From assembly GCA_946566685.1 (NCBI GenBank), contig CAMNXA010000006.1, forward strand, positions 14,699 through 78,698: a stretch of 64,000 nucleotides of DNA. Direction: 5' to 3'. The first letter of the stretch is position 1. Each line of letters opens with the position of its first letter. The stretch is from an uncultured Lachnospiraceae bacterium (GTDB taxonomy: Bacteria > Bacillota > Clostridia > Lachnospirales > Lachnospiraceae). The notes beneath the pieces are model-generated. The model made no database searches. It saw only the letters and a program-made list of their open reading frames with translations, and was not told the DNA's origin. A program made the position numbers and the translations under genes. This document shows, one piece after another, positions 45,300-54,961 of this stretch.

Positions 45300-47477
45300 C
45301 TATGCACTTGCCACCAACTCCGTATACGCCCCGCCCTTGGCATACAGTTCCTCATGTGTGCCCCGTTCTATCACTTCTCCCTGCTCCAGCACAATGATCT
45401 CATCACAGTCCCTTATCGTGGAAAGGCGGTGGGCCACCACGATGCAGGTAATGCCCCTGTCCTTGATGGCCTTGACCACCTCATATTCGGTCTTGGCATC
45501 CAGTGCCGATGTAGCCTCGTCCAGGATAATGATGGTGGGATCCTGAGCCAGCACCCTGGCAATCTCCATGCGCTGCCTCTGACCACCCGAAAGATCCTTG
45601 CCGCCCTCCGTGATCTTATAGTTATAGCCGCCGTCCCTCAGCATGATATCCTCATGCAGCCTGGCATCCCTGGCCGCCATGATCATTTCAAAGTCCTCAA
45701 TCGAACTGTCCCACATCTTGATATTGTTGGCGATGGTATCTTCAAACAGGATAATGTCCTGATCCACCACCGCCAGGGATCCTGTGAAAATGCTTCTATC
45801 AATATCTTTCATCGGTTTACCGTCAAATAAAATCTCACCACTCCAGGGTTTGTACAGTCCCGATATCAGTTTGGAGAGTGTGGATTTCCCACAGCCGGAG
45901 GCGCCCACAAAGGCAACCCGGCTTCCCGTTTTCAAAGACAGGCTGAAATCCCTGATCAAAGGTTCGGCCAGTCTGGAATAACCAAAAGTCACGTTTCTCA
46001 GTTCCACGTTGCCCGACAGTTTGCCGTATTCCATGTCCTCTCCCGCTTCCTCATCATCAAATTCCACATCCACGGGATATTCCATCACATCCTCCACCCG
46101 CTCCATCTGCGTGCGCATCTCCTGCAAGGTCTGCCCCGCCGAAATCAGTGTCTGTGCCGGCGCGCTGAAAGATAAAAGGAATCCTTGAAAAGCCATGATC
46201 ATACCCACCGTAAACTGCCCCTGCATGGTAAGGTATGCACCAATGAGCAAGACCGCTATATTCGCAAAAGAGGCTGTCATCTCCGGGATTGCACCCAGAT
46301 ATTGGTTCAGACGGACAAACTTTACCTGCTGGGTATTTACACTGGCCTGATACCCCGCCCATTTTTCAAAGTATCCGTTCTCCGCGCCGCTGGCCTTAAT
46401 GGTCTCGATCATCTCGATACCGGAGGCAGTGGCCCCCGCCAGCCTGCCCGCATCACGCATCTGCACACGGGTGATATTCACCCGCTTCCTGGAGATGATA
46501 TTGGACACGAAAAGGTTGATCACGATCGAAGATAAGCTGATAAGAGCCAGTATGACACTGTAGCGAAGCATGACAATCAAATAGAACACCATCATCACCG
46601 TATTGAGTACAAGCGGCGCCAGCGTATTCACCAACTCCTGAGCCACGGAAGCGTTCATCGTCTGCCGCTGTTGGATATCTCCTGCCATCCTCTGGGCAAA
46701 AAATTCCATCGGCATACGGAGTACTTTCCACATATAGCCCGTACTGCCCACCACGGCCAGCCTGCCGTTAATCCGCAGGGAATAGACCGCTCGGATCCAT
46801 TCCACCACCAGCTGCAAGATTCCGATCCCGCCCAGCACAAGCAGAAACGGCGGCGCCCAGCCAGGATTGCGGCCCGTCAGCAGTCTGTCCAGAAATATCC
46901 GGGAAAAAACAGGATTGATAATCCCCAGCAGGGACGTGATCATAGTCGTCAAAACCACAAAGGCGATAGCGCTCCCCGCGCCTTTTAATCTCTTTTTCGC
47001 AAAGGAGAGCATACTCTTTTGTCTGCCGTCCGGTGCAAAGTCCTCTGCCGGCTCAAACATCAGACAGATGCCCGTAAAAGCCTCGTCAAAATCCTGCATG
47101 GTCACCGCATAGTTTCCTTTGGCAGGATCGTTTAAGTACGCTTTATTTTTCTGAAAACCGTTTAATACCACAAAGTGGTTGAAATTCCAATGGATGATGC
47201 AGGGAAAGGTTCCGTTCTGCTTTAGGTCTTCCGGCTCATAGCGGTACCCCTGGGCCTTAAGCCCATAACTTCTGGCCGCCCGCAGTACATTTTTGGCATT
47301 GGAACCGTCCCTGGATACGCCGCAGTCCGCACGCACCTGCTCCAGAGGAATCCATTTTCCATAATAGGCCAGAATCATGGTCAGTGAGGCGGCACCGCAC
47401 TCCAGCGCTTCCATCTGCATGACCACCGGCACCTTCGCCACGCCGTTTTTGACAGGCTTATTTATCGCCTTACCCAT
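45300..47477 (-). CDS. C39-peptidase-domain ABC transporter (double-glycine leader cleaving/export ATPase, ABC1)
   Basis: The C39 motifs are VVMQMEALECGAASLTMILAYYG and ...IIHWNFNHFVVL. It also has GASGCGKST, LSGGQRQRMEIARV and LDEATSALD. I prefer the ATG at 47477 (5 nt after GAGGTG) over 47498. Confidence 0.9.
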   Translation of the reverse strand: MGKAINKPVKNGVAKVPVVMQMEALECGAASLTMILAYYGKWIPLEQVRADCGVSRDGSNAKNVLRAARSYGLKAQGYRYEPEDLKQNGTFPCIIHWNFNHFVVLNGFQKNKAYLNDPAKGNYAVTMQDFDEAFTGICLMFEPAEDFAPDGRQKSMLSFAKKRLKGAGSAIAFVVLTTMITSLLGIINPVFSRIFLDRLLTGRNPGWAPPFLLVLGGIGILQLVVEWIRAVYSLRINGRLAVVGSTGYMWKVLRMPMEFFAQRMAGDIQQRQTMNASVAQELVNTLAPLVLNTVMMVFYLIVMLRYSVILALISLSSIVINLFVSNIISRKRVNITRVQMRDAGRLAGATASGIEMIETIKASGAENGYFEKWAGYQASVNTQQVKFVRLNQYLGAIPEMTASFANIAVLLIGAYLTMQGQFTVGMIMAFQGFLLSFSAPAQTLISAGQTLQEMRTQMERVEDVMEYPVDVEFDDEEAGEDMEYGKLSGNVELRNVTFGYSRLAEPLIRDFSLSLKTGSRVAFVGASGCGKSTLSKLISGLYKPWSGEILFDGKPMKDIDRSIFTGSLAVVDQDIILFEDTIANNIKMWDSSIEDFEMIMAARDARLHEDIMLRDGGYNYKITEGGKDLSGGQRQRMEIARVLAQDPTIIILDEATSALDAKTEYEVVKAIKDRGITCIVVAHRLSTIRDCDEIIVLEQGEVIERGTHEELYAKGGAYTELVASA

Positions 47478-47499
47478 TTCTTCACCTCGTTTTGTCATA

Positions 47500-47561
47500 A
47501 AGTAAATTTGCTTCGCAAATTAACTTTGCGAGATCCGCTTCGCGGACTCGGATAAGCGGAG
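47500..47561 (+). repeat. structured intergenic repeat, copy B (a partial third unit lies at 47573-47585)
   Basis: It matches 13752-13813 at 60 of 62 positions. It lies between the HlyD-like gene and the C39-ABC gene. Confidence 0.8.
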
Positions 47562-47597
47562 CACTTTCTTAGAATTTGCTTCGCAGCCTCGTAAACC

Positions 47598-48101
47598 CTA
47601 ATCATTTTCCGCAGTAGTGTTTAACAAAAACGACATCGGAGAAATACTCTCTGTTATCATGGACACCTCATAGACACCGTCAGGAAGCGTGGTCTTTGCT
47701 CTCACTTCATACACCCACTCCCCGGCCTGAAACCCGCCCAGATACAACAGATAGGCATCCGCACCCTGTGGGATTGCCACAGGCGCTGTCCCGATATCCA
47801 TAATCTGAAAGGACTGTTCTGCCACCGTAAGTTCCATCCCCGCTCCCACAGCCTTCCTCACCGCCTCGATATCGCTTTCCCTGACATAACAGGTAAACAC
47901 GCCGTCCTCACATGTCCCCGCGCTCTCAAGCCGAGTATCCAGATGCCCGAAAATGCCCCAGACGCACACGCCCACAAGCAGAATGATCACCGCCAGAAGC
48001 ACCATCCATACGCCCAGGCTTGATACCCGCACATAGTCATCCAGCTGCTCCGGTGAGGAAATCCGCTGGATACTGGATTTGCGAAATAATTGTCCGTTCA
48101 T
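47598..48101 (-). CDS. short HlyD-like secretion adaptor of NHLM-type bacteriocin systems
   Basis: The N-terminus LFRKSSIQRISSPEQLDDYVRVSS plus one TM helix is the hallmark start of this adaptor family. At 167 aa it is much shorter than canonical HlyD proteins. Confidence 0.7.
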   Translation of the reverse strand: MNGQLFRKSSIQRISSPEQLDDYVRVSSLGVWMVLLAVIILLVGVCVWGIFGHLDTRLESAGTCEDGVFTCYVRESDIEAVRKAVGAGMELTVAEQSFQIMDIGTAPVAIPQGADAYLLYLGGFQAGEWVYEVRAKTTLPDGVYEVSMITESISPMSFLLNTTAEND

Positions 48102-48123
48102 CTGTCTTCCTCCCCCATCCGCC

Positions 48124-49503
48124 TTACTTCTCCGCCACGCCTACCTGGAACTTATATTTCTTCTGAAAACGGTCATGGTTAAAGGCATTGACCACATCCC
48201 AGCCGTTACAGTGCCCGGAACACATAAAGCTCTCACATCTGGACAACATGTAGAGAGCATAAAAATAGTTGACGGTGGTATCCTCCAGCGCCGCTTCATA
48301 CGCTTCCCCGCTCTTTTCCTGCTTCTCCAGGTCACTGATCAGCGCCACATCCTTAAAATCGCTGACCCGATGTCTTTCCTGCGCAATGACGCGTATCTTA
48401 CCCTGAAACTCAGCCTGCATCACATCCAGAATATCCTGATCCTCGGTAGCCAGGAAAATGGCATCATATCGATCCTCCTCCATCCACTCATGTATCATGG
48501 GCAGCATTTCGTCCACCGTAGCCATCTTGCGGGCGCCGGTCATCCTGGAGACCACATAGTCCGTTCCCCGCATGAGGATTCCCAGCATCCGTCTGTTGCC
48601 GATGACTGCCTCCTCATACTCTTTCAATTCCTGAATAAAACTGTCGCTTAAGATACTGTCATCAAAATCCGCATTGCATTTCGCCACGAAATGAGTCGGT
48701 ACCAGCGGCACCGTGTTGGTCACATAGATGGTATTGGTCTCATCGGAATCCTCACAGGCCACATCCAGGTTAAAATACCGCTCCAGCATGTCATCCTTGT
48801 ACCGGGTGCTGTCCCGTTTCAACACTGTTTTCCAGCCTAATTGCTTAAAGGCATTATTAATCCTTGTATAATGTGCCAGGATCGCACCGATTCCTGCCAC
48901 CATACCCAATCCCACTTCCACATACTTCACATCAGACAGCGGGATATCCATCAGCCACTGCCAGATAAAGACATTGTTAAATAACGGGATCAGGCTGATG
49001 GAGCGAAAATCCGCACTGTTAAATCCCAGTGAAAACTGCTGCCCGCTGCGAAGGACATTCCCTTCCGCCCTGTCGGGGAGGTCTGTGGTCACATGCAGTC
49101 TCTCATGGGGTTCCACAAACCAGTAAATCCGTTCATCAGGAATCCACACTTCTTTCTCTGTGTAATCCAGGATAATCTTCGTCAGAACCACGCTGTACTC
49201 GTTAAGATCCTCAAACACGGCGCCGTTGTACTCCTGAAATACGTCCAGATATAAAGCTTCCCGATCCGTCTCATCGTACAGGTAATACGGGGGCAGCATC
49301 CTATATCCTTTCAGCACAGCCATATTGGGCGCCTGTTCATTATTTTCCATATAAATCAGGTCATAATCCTCCCCCTTGTCGTTTCTCACATGAAATCTGT
49401 TCTCGCCCTTCAGGACTGCCCGCAGTGCGTTGTGAAATACCTGGTCATTATGCCTTAAGGTCCTGCAATTCTCATTTTTATCCGCTTCTACAATCTGTAA
49501 CAT
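48124..49503 (-). CDS. hypothetical 459-aa protein; the C-terminal half has fucosyltransferase-superfamily-like motifs (tentative)
   Basis: A clean ORF with GGGAGG upstream. The motifs LGILMRGTDY (HxRxxD-like), AIFLATEDQD and DTTVNYFYALYMLSRCESFMCSGHCNG occur in the order seen in GT11/GT23/POFUT-like enzymes. The N-terminal ~280 aa are unassigned. Confidence 0.6.
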   Translation of the reverse strand: MLQIVEADKNENCRTLRHNDQVFHNALRAVLKGENRFHVRNDKGEDYDLIYMENNEQAPNMAVLKGYRMLPPYYLYDETDREALYLDVFQEYNGAVFEDLNEYSVVLTKIILDYTEKEVWIPDERIYWFVEPHERLHVTTDLPDRAEGNVLRSGQQFSLGFNSADFRSISLIPLFNNVFIWQWLMDIPLSDVKYVEVGLGMVAGIGAILAHYTRINNAFKQLGWKTVLKRDSTRYKDDMLERYFNLDVACEDSDETNTIYVTNTVPLVPTHFVAKCNADFDDSILSDSFIQELKEYEEAVIGNRRMLGILMRGTDYVVSRMTGARKMATVDEMLPMIHEWMEEDRYDAIFLATEDQDILDVMQAEFQGKIRVIAQERHRVSDFKDVALISDLEKQEKSGEAYEAALEDTTVNYFYALYMLSRCESFMCSGHCNGWDVVNAFNHDRFQKKYKFQVGVAEK

Positions 49504-49580
49504 GCGTTTTCCTCCCTTTTTGTTCTCTGGCTTTTATCGTCTACAGACAGACCAACTACTAACCGGCTTTATTGTTATCT

Positions 49581-52500
49581 TTACAGCCAGACTACCAACT
49601 GATTTTTCCCTTCTTCATATGTATAACTGCTGTCCACAAGCACAGACTTCACCAACCGGATAGAGAGTTCCTCCCCCTCCTCCAGCGGATGATACTGCCT
49701 GCCGCCCCATACAAACCGCATGGCCAGCCTGCCGTCCGCCTCATAATATTCCGTGGTAATCTCCAGAGCGTCCTCCCCATCCCGGTTCGGCACAATATTG
49801 AGCGCACAGATTTCCTCGAATGCCCGGCGCAGATTCTCTACCTGTCTGCGGCTCAAAAGATGCTTTTCGCCAAACTGCTGCAGGGACTCGCTCATGGCAA
49901 TAAAGTCATAGTCCGGCGAAGTAATCCGGAACTGCAATACTTTTAGCCGTTTAACAAAAGCCCTGGTTTTCTCTTTCACGGGATTATCAAAAATCTCTTC
50001 CGGCGTCCCTTCCTCATATATCTCCCCCTGATCCATATAGAAAATCCGGGTACTCACATCCCTGGCAAACTTCATCTCATGGGTGACGATCATCATCGTG
50101 AGTCCTTTGGCCGCAAGCTGCCTGATGACCGCCAGTACCTCGCCCACCATGGTGGGATCCAGAGCGCTGGTGGGCTCATCAAACAGCACGATCTCCGGCC
50201 GCATGGCCAGGGTCCTGGCAATGGCCACACGCTGTTTTTGGCCGCCGGACAGCTCATCCGGATAGGAGAGCGCCCGTTCTGCCATACCTACGGTCTTTAG
50301 CAGATACATGCCATAGGCAAAGGCCTCCTGTTTCATCTCACCTTTTAACTGCGTGGGCGCCAGCATCACATTTTCAATCACAGTCAAATGCGGGAACAGA
50401 TTAAAACTCTGAAACACCATTCCCATCCGCTTGCGAAGGCTGCACAAATCCACATCCTTCTTCCCGGTGTCTTCCCCAAACACGGTAATCTTCCCGCCTG
50501 TAGGCGTTTCCAGACGATTCAGGCAGCGCAGGAAGGTAGATTTACCGGTTCCGGACGGCCCGATGATGGTAATGACCTCCCCGCTGTGAACCACCGTATT
50601 CACATCCTTTAACGGCGACACATCGGCATACTCCTTATGTAAATGCTCCACATGGATCAGATCCCTGGCCTCTCCTGACAATGCCTGTTCCTTCGTCTCT
50701 TCATAACAGGCGCTGGTATCTACGCCCTGGGGATATCTGCGCGGCCCGCGCTTCACATCCAGCTTCCACTCCACCCTGCCGATGGCAAAGGCCGCCACCG
50801 CCGAGATGGCAAAGTAAATCGCCGCCGTAGCAATCAGCGGGAAAAACGCCTCGTAAGTACGACTTCTGATAATGTCCCCCGCCTTGGTCAGATCCTCAAT
50901 GGAAATATAACCCACGATGGAGGTCAGCTTTAACATGGAGACAAATTCTCCCCGGTAAATGGGCAGCACCTGCCGCACCGCCTGGGGCATGATAATCTGC
51001 ATGAAGGTTTTACCCCTGCCAAATCCCAGGGCCTGGGCCGCCTCCCACTGGCCGGCATCTATGGTATGGATACCAGTATTTAAGATTCCCGCCACCGCCA
51101 CTGCAAAGATCAGGGAAAAGGAAATGATACCCACCGTCACCGGCGCAATCTTCACCGAAGCAAACACCACAAAATAAATGATCATCAACACTACAAGACT
51201 GGGGATACCCTCCATCAGATGACAGAGTCCCTTTGCCAGCATGGCAAGGGGTTTATTACGGCATCTTAACCATAGGCACAGCAAAAATCCCAGAACTGTT
51301 CCGATCATACCCGCCAGAACGGCAATCTCAAGTGTCACCAGCAGGCCGCTCCAGATCAGCTTCCAGCGGTCTTCCCGGATAAAGGTTTTTTCAAAGCTGT
51401 CCGCCAGTCCATCAAAAAAGCCGGCCTCTTCCACACAGTCTCCCTCATCCGCCACCGCCATGACGGTTTCCACATAAGTATAGGGGATGGAAAAAGCCAT
51501 CACTTCCCGTTTCTCCGGTGTTTCAAACAGGTTGGACATGATATAGTCCACCTTGCCGGACACACAGGCCGGCGTGATCCCGTCCCAGTCGTAAGTCTCC
51601 ACCGCCAGTTCTGCATTGCACCAGCCGGCAAAACGTCTCATCAATTCCAGGTCATACCCTGTCAGTTCTGTCCCTTCATAGAAAGAATAAGGTTCCACCA
51701 GTCCTGTGGTTCCCACAGTGATGGTATAGTCCGGTTCCTCGGCCTCTGCGACCTCCGGCATGGTATAATCGTGTTCTACCAGCCAGCGTCTGCGCATATC
51801 TTCCAGTGTCCCATTTTCTGACATTTCTGTCAGAAATGTATTGATCTTATCCTCCGCATCCGGAATCCCCGTCACCGGGCTGATGGCCACTGCCACATTG
51901 CCCGGCTCTCCGACAGTGGCATTCCCATAGACACGCAGTCCCTCATTACCGCTGGCAAGATAGCTTTCAAGAGTCGTCTTATCTACGGCAAAGGCATCCG
52001 CTTTCCGGCTTGTCACCGCCAAAAACCCACCTATGGCATCGTCCACAATAATAAACTTCGCCCGCGGATAGACTGCCTTTGCGGCAGTTTCTGTGGTCGT
52101 ACCGGTCTCTACGGCAATCACGGCAGACTCTCTGTTCAGATCAAAAGTCTCCGCTCCGTCCACATTTTGCGTCCGGCACAGAAAGACCGTGCCGCCCGAA
52201 TAATAGGATTCACAAAAATCCACACTCTCGGCACGTTCTTGCGTAACAATGATACAGCAGGCCGCAATATCCGCTTTATTCTGCTGGATAAAAGACACCA
52301 GGGAGGCAAACTTTGTCTCGATCAGTTCCACTCCCATATCCAGTCTGTCCGCGATCATCAGTACCAGTTCTGTCTCAAGTCCTGCCGGCTTTCCATCATT
52401 GCCAATATAGAGCATGGGCATATTGGTGCCGTCAAAGGCAAAGCGCAGCACGCCGCCGGGACGCTCGGAAAGATCATACAAAGACCAGTCAATCTTCATG

Positions 52501-52994
52501 ATCTCCTCGTCTCCGCTGAGCCATTTCCCGGCCAAGGCCTCAATGGTTCCATCCGCTTTCAACTCCCGGATGACTGCTGACACCTCATCCGTCAAAGGCC
52601 CATCCTTTTTCAGGATCATGCTGTAATCATCCGCAGAAATAATCTCCGGAAATACCGCAAACTCCCCCGGTCTCTGGGCTGATGCCATCTGCGCCACAGG
52701 GCCGTCCAAGGCCACCGCCTCCACATCGCCCTTTTTCAGGGCCTCCAATTGCGTAGTCAGATCGTCATAATGGTTGTAGCTTAAATCATCAAATTTTTCA
52801 TCCAATACCTGGTCATACAAAGATCCCGTCAGCGTGGCAATGGTAGTGCCCTCAAAGTCTTTCAGCGTCCGGTAGACTGCATCTGTCTGTTCCTTATTGC
52901 CGCATCCCGTTACTTCGGCCAGCGCCGTACATATTATTAAAATGAAAAGTGCCGCCTTATATCTCGCCATTTGTGCTTTCATTCCTTTTATCAT
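49581..52994 (-). CDS. single-chain amino-acid-type ABC transporter: lipoprotein signal + substrate-binding domains + permease + ATPase + RsbW-like tail
   Basis: The lipobox is VTGCGN. SBP_bac_3-like segments come next, then the permease (…[33 protein letters not shown]…). The ATPase has [24 protein letters not shown] and [12 protein letters not shown] 118-aa C-terminal extension follows. An ATGA overlap links it to the upstream STAS gene. Confidence 0.85.
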   Translation of the reverse strand: MIKGMKAQMARYKAALFILIICTALAEVTGCGNKEQTDAVYRTLKDFEGTTIATLTGSLYDQVLDEKFDDLSYNHYDDLTTQLEALKKGDVEAVALDGPVAQMASAQRPGEFAVFPEIISADDYSMILKKDGPLTDEVSAVIRELKADGTIEALAGKWLSGDEEIMKIDWSLYDLSERPGGVLRFAFDGTNMPMLYIGNDGKPAGLETELVLMIADRLDMGVELIETKFASLVSFIQQNKADIAACCIIVTQERAESVDFCESYYSGGTVFLCRTQNVDGAETFDLNRESAVIAVETGTTTETAAKAVYPRAKFIIVDDAIGGFLAVTSRKADAFAVDKTTLESYLASGNEGLRVYGNATVGEPGNVAVAISPVTGIPDAEDKINTFLTEMSENGTLEDMRRRWLVEHDYTMPEVAEAEEPDYTITVGTTGLVEPYSFYEGTELTGYDLELMRRFAGWCNAELAVETYDWDGITPACVSGKVDYIMSNLFETPEKREVMAFSIPYTYVETVMAVADEGDCVEEAGFFDGLADSFEKTFIREDRWKLIWSGLLVTLEIAVLAGMIGTVLGFLLCLWLRCRNKPLAMLAKGLCHLMEGIPSLVVLMIIYFVVFASVKIAPVTVGIISFSLIFAVAVAGILNTGIHTIDAGQWEAAQALGFGRGKTFMQIIMPQAVRQVLPIYRGEFVSMLKLTSIVGYISIEDLTKAGDIIRSRTYEAFFPLIATAAIYFAISAVAAFAIGRVEWKLDVKRGPRRYPQGVDTSACYEETKEQALSGEARDLIHVEHLHKEYADVSPLKDVNTVVHSGEVITIIGPSGTGKSTFLRCLNRLETPTGGKITVFGEDTGKKDVDLCSLRKRMGMVFQSFNLFPHLTVIENVMLAPTQLKGEMKQEAFAYGMYLLKTVGMAERALSYPDELSGGQKQRVAIARTLAMRPEIVLFDEPTSALDPTMVGEVLAVIRQLAAKGLTMMIVTHEMKFARDVSTRIFYMDQGEIYEEGTPEEIFDNPVKEKTRAFVKRLKVLQFRITSPDYDFIAMSESLQQFGEKHLLSRRQVENLRRAFEEICALNIVPNRDGEDALEITTEYYEADGRLAMRFVWGGRQYHPLEEGEELSIRLVKSVLVDSSYTYEEGKNQLVVWL

Positions 52995-53287
52995 TCCACC
53001 GTCAGGATATCCGAAAATCCTGTGACTTCAAACACTTCCATCACTGTCTCACAGACATTCCGGATGACCATACTGCCCTGTTTGTTCATGATCTTCTGTG
53101 CCGAGAGCAGGACTCGTAACCCCGCAGATGAGACATACTCAAGATTCGCAAAATCAAGAGCCAGTTCCGTCATGCCGTCAAGGGATTCCTTGAGCGCCTT
53201 TTCCAGTTCCGGGGCCGTCATGGTGTCCAGCCTGCCTTCCACTCCCACTGTCAATGTTGTCCCTGTTACATTTTTGTTGATTGTCAT
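52991..53287 (-). CDS. STAS-domain anti-sigma-factor antagonist (SpoIIAA/RsbV-like)
   Basis: ...[22 protein letters not shown]...[20 protein letters not shown]... contains the conserved phosphorylatable Ser context. The ATG at 53287 follows AAAGGAG. Confidence 0.88.
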   Translation of the reverse strand: MTINKNVTGTTLTVGVEGRLDTMTAPELEKALKESLDGMTELALDFANLEYVSSAGLRVLLSAQKIMNKQGSMVIRNVCETVMEVFEVTGFSDILTVE

Positions 53288-53371
53288 AATGCTTCTCCTT
53301 TTCATTGTTATTGTGAAATTACTTCTGATGCTTTCACAGTCCGCACTTTCCTTCCGAAAACCATCACCGCG

Positions 53372-54787
53372 TCACTTTCTGACTTTGACCGCCATCATGG
53401 TAATATCATCGAACTGCATGGCATTTCCCACAAAGTCATCGATATCCGCCCTGACCTCCTGAAGCAGTTCCTGGGAACTGGCATCCTTCTTTCTGTTCAG
53501 AGCCTGTAGCATCCTGTCCGTACCGTAAAGCCGGTCGTCCTCATCGGAAGCCTCCGCCACCCCATCGGTATACACAAAGAGCATATCTCCCTTATGGAGT
53601 TCTATCACATACTCCTGATAGGAAACATCTTCCATACCCGCCATCACAAAGCCATGTTTATCTTTCAACAGTTCAAAAGAGCCATCCGCCCGTTTCACCG
53701 CCGGATATTCATGTCCGGCATTGACCGCCGTCAGTTTTCCCGTGGCGATCTCATAGACGGCCAGCCAGACAGTGACAAACATCTCGGCTTCGTTATTTTC
53801 CAGAAGCTGGTTATTTACGGTCTCCATCGCCTCCTTGGGTGACAGTCCCGACTGCACGGCATTTTTTAATAAAGTCTTGGTAATCATCATAAACAGGGCC
53901 GCCGGCACTCCCTTACCGGAAACGTCCGCTATCACAAGCGCCAGATGGTTCTCATCCACCAGAAAGAAATCATAGAAATCGCCGCCCACTTCCTTGGCCG
54001 GATGCATGGATGCATAAATATCAAACTCCTCATATTCCGGAAATGCCGGAAAGACACAGGGAAGCATGGAAGCCTGAATCTGCGTGGCCACATGGAGTTC
54101 CGCACCGATCCGCTCCCGCTCCCGGTTATCCAGTTCCTGCTGCTTAAGCAGACCATGCGTCCGTCTGGAGAGGGTAACGCCAATCAGATAGACCACCACC
54201 AGGATCACGGCTCGCGGGATATAATAAAAATTAAACACCCGCAGCAAGAGATTATCCCCGGCCGCTGTGGCCTCTCTGATAAAAGCCGCCCGGAATGCAG
54301 CATCTCCCGGCAGATCCACACAGCGCATCATATTGGCATCCCATACCCCGAAATACAGCCCGACATACACCGAACAGAGCATGCAAAGCAATACCCCTGC
54401 CAGCGTGATATGGGCAAACTTCGGAGAATAATAGTGACAGGAAAGGATAATCGGACAGGCCCATGCCATCACCAGCTGAATCGTCAGTGTGGAAGACAGA
54501 ATCCCCAGCCCCAGAAGAAAACACCCCATAATGAGATATTTCAATAACCACTCCTGCCCTTTCCACACCCGTACCAGTAATGACGGCAGCAAAAATAATG
54601 CCACACCGACAGGCATAGCAGTGTTCATTAAACCCTTGTCCACTATAAAAAATCCCAGTATATTCAAGATCCACATGAGCGCCGCAATGCCTGCCGCGAT
54701 CAAAAGACAGAAGGCCGTATAACGGTTCGCCTTCTTTTCATTCAACTTAAAAATATCCAAATGCATTGTATCCATCAGCTTCAACAA
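53372..54787 (-). CDS. membrane-bound PP2C-family serine phosphatase (SpoIIE/RsbU-like)
   Basis: It has a multi-TM N-terminal half. The C-terminus is ...EVGGDFYDFF...VIADVSGKGVPAALFMM...YTDGV...DDITMMAV. The start is TTG 54787 or ATG 54775. Confidence 0.88.
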   Translation of the reverse strand: MLKLMDTMHLDIFKLNEKKANRYTAFCLLIAAGIAALMWILNILGFFIVDKGLMNTAMPVGVALFLLPSLLVRVWKGQEWLLKYLIMGCFLLGLGILSSTLTIQLVMAWACPIILSCHYYSPKFAHITLAGVLLCMLCSVYVGLYFGVWDANMMRCVDLPGDAAFRAAFIREATAAGDNLLLRVFNFYYIPRAVILVVVYLIGVTLSRRTHGLLKQQELDNRERERIGAELHVATQIQASMLPCVFPAFPEYEEFDIYASMHPAKEVGGDFYDFFLVDENHLALVIADVSGKGVPAALFMMITKTLLKNAVQSGLSPKEAMETVNNQLLENNEAEMFVTVWLAVYEIATGKLTAVNAGHEYPAVKRADGSFELLKDKHGFVMAGMEDVSYQEYVIELHKGDMLFVYTDGVAEASDEDDRLYGTDRMLQALNRKKDASSQELLQEVRADIDDFVGNAMQFDDITMMAVKVRK

Positions 54788-54961
54788 TCTCCTTAAGCGT
54801 AAGACGATATCCCTATTCTATATCATTTTATGCATAAAAAAAGCGTCCGGCAAAAATGTTACCTGACGTTTATTTTCGCAGTTAAATTTTGAAATTTACA
54901 CAAATACTTTTATGCTATACTTATGTTTAAATCAATCTTCAGGAAATTAAGAGGTGAAAAG

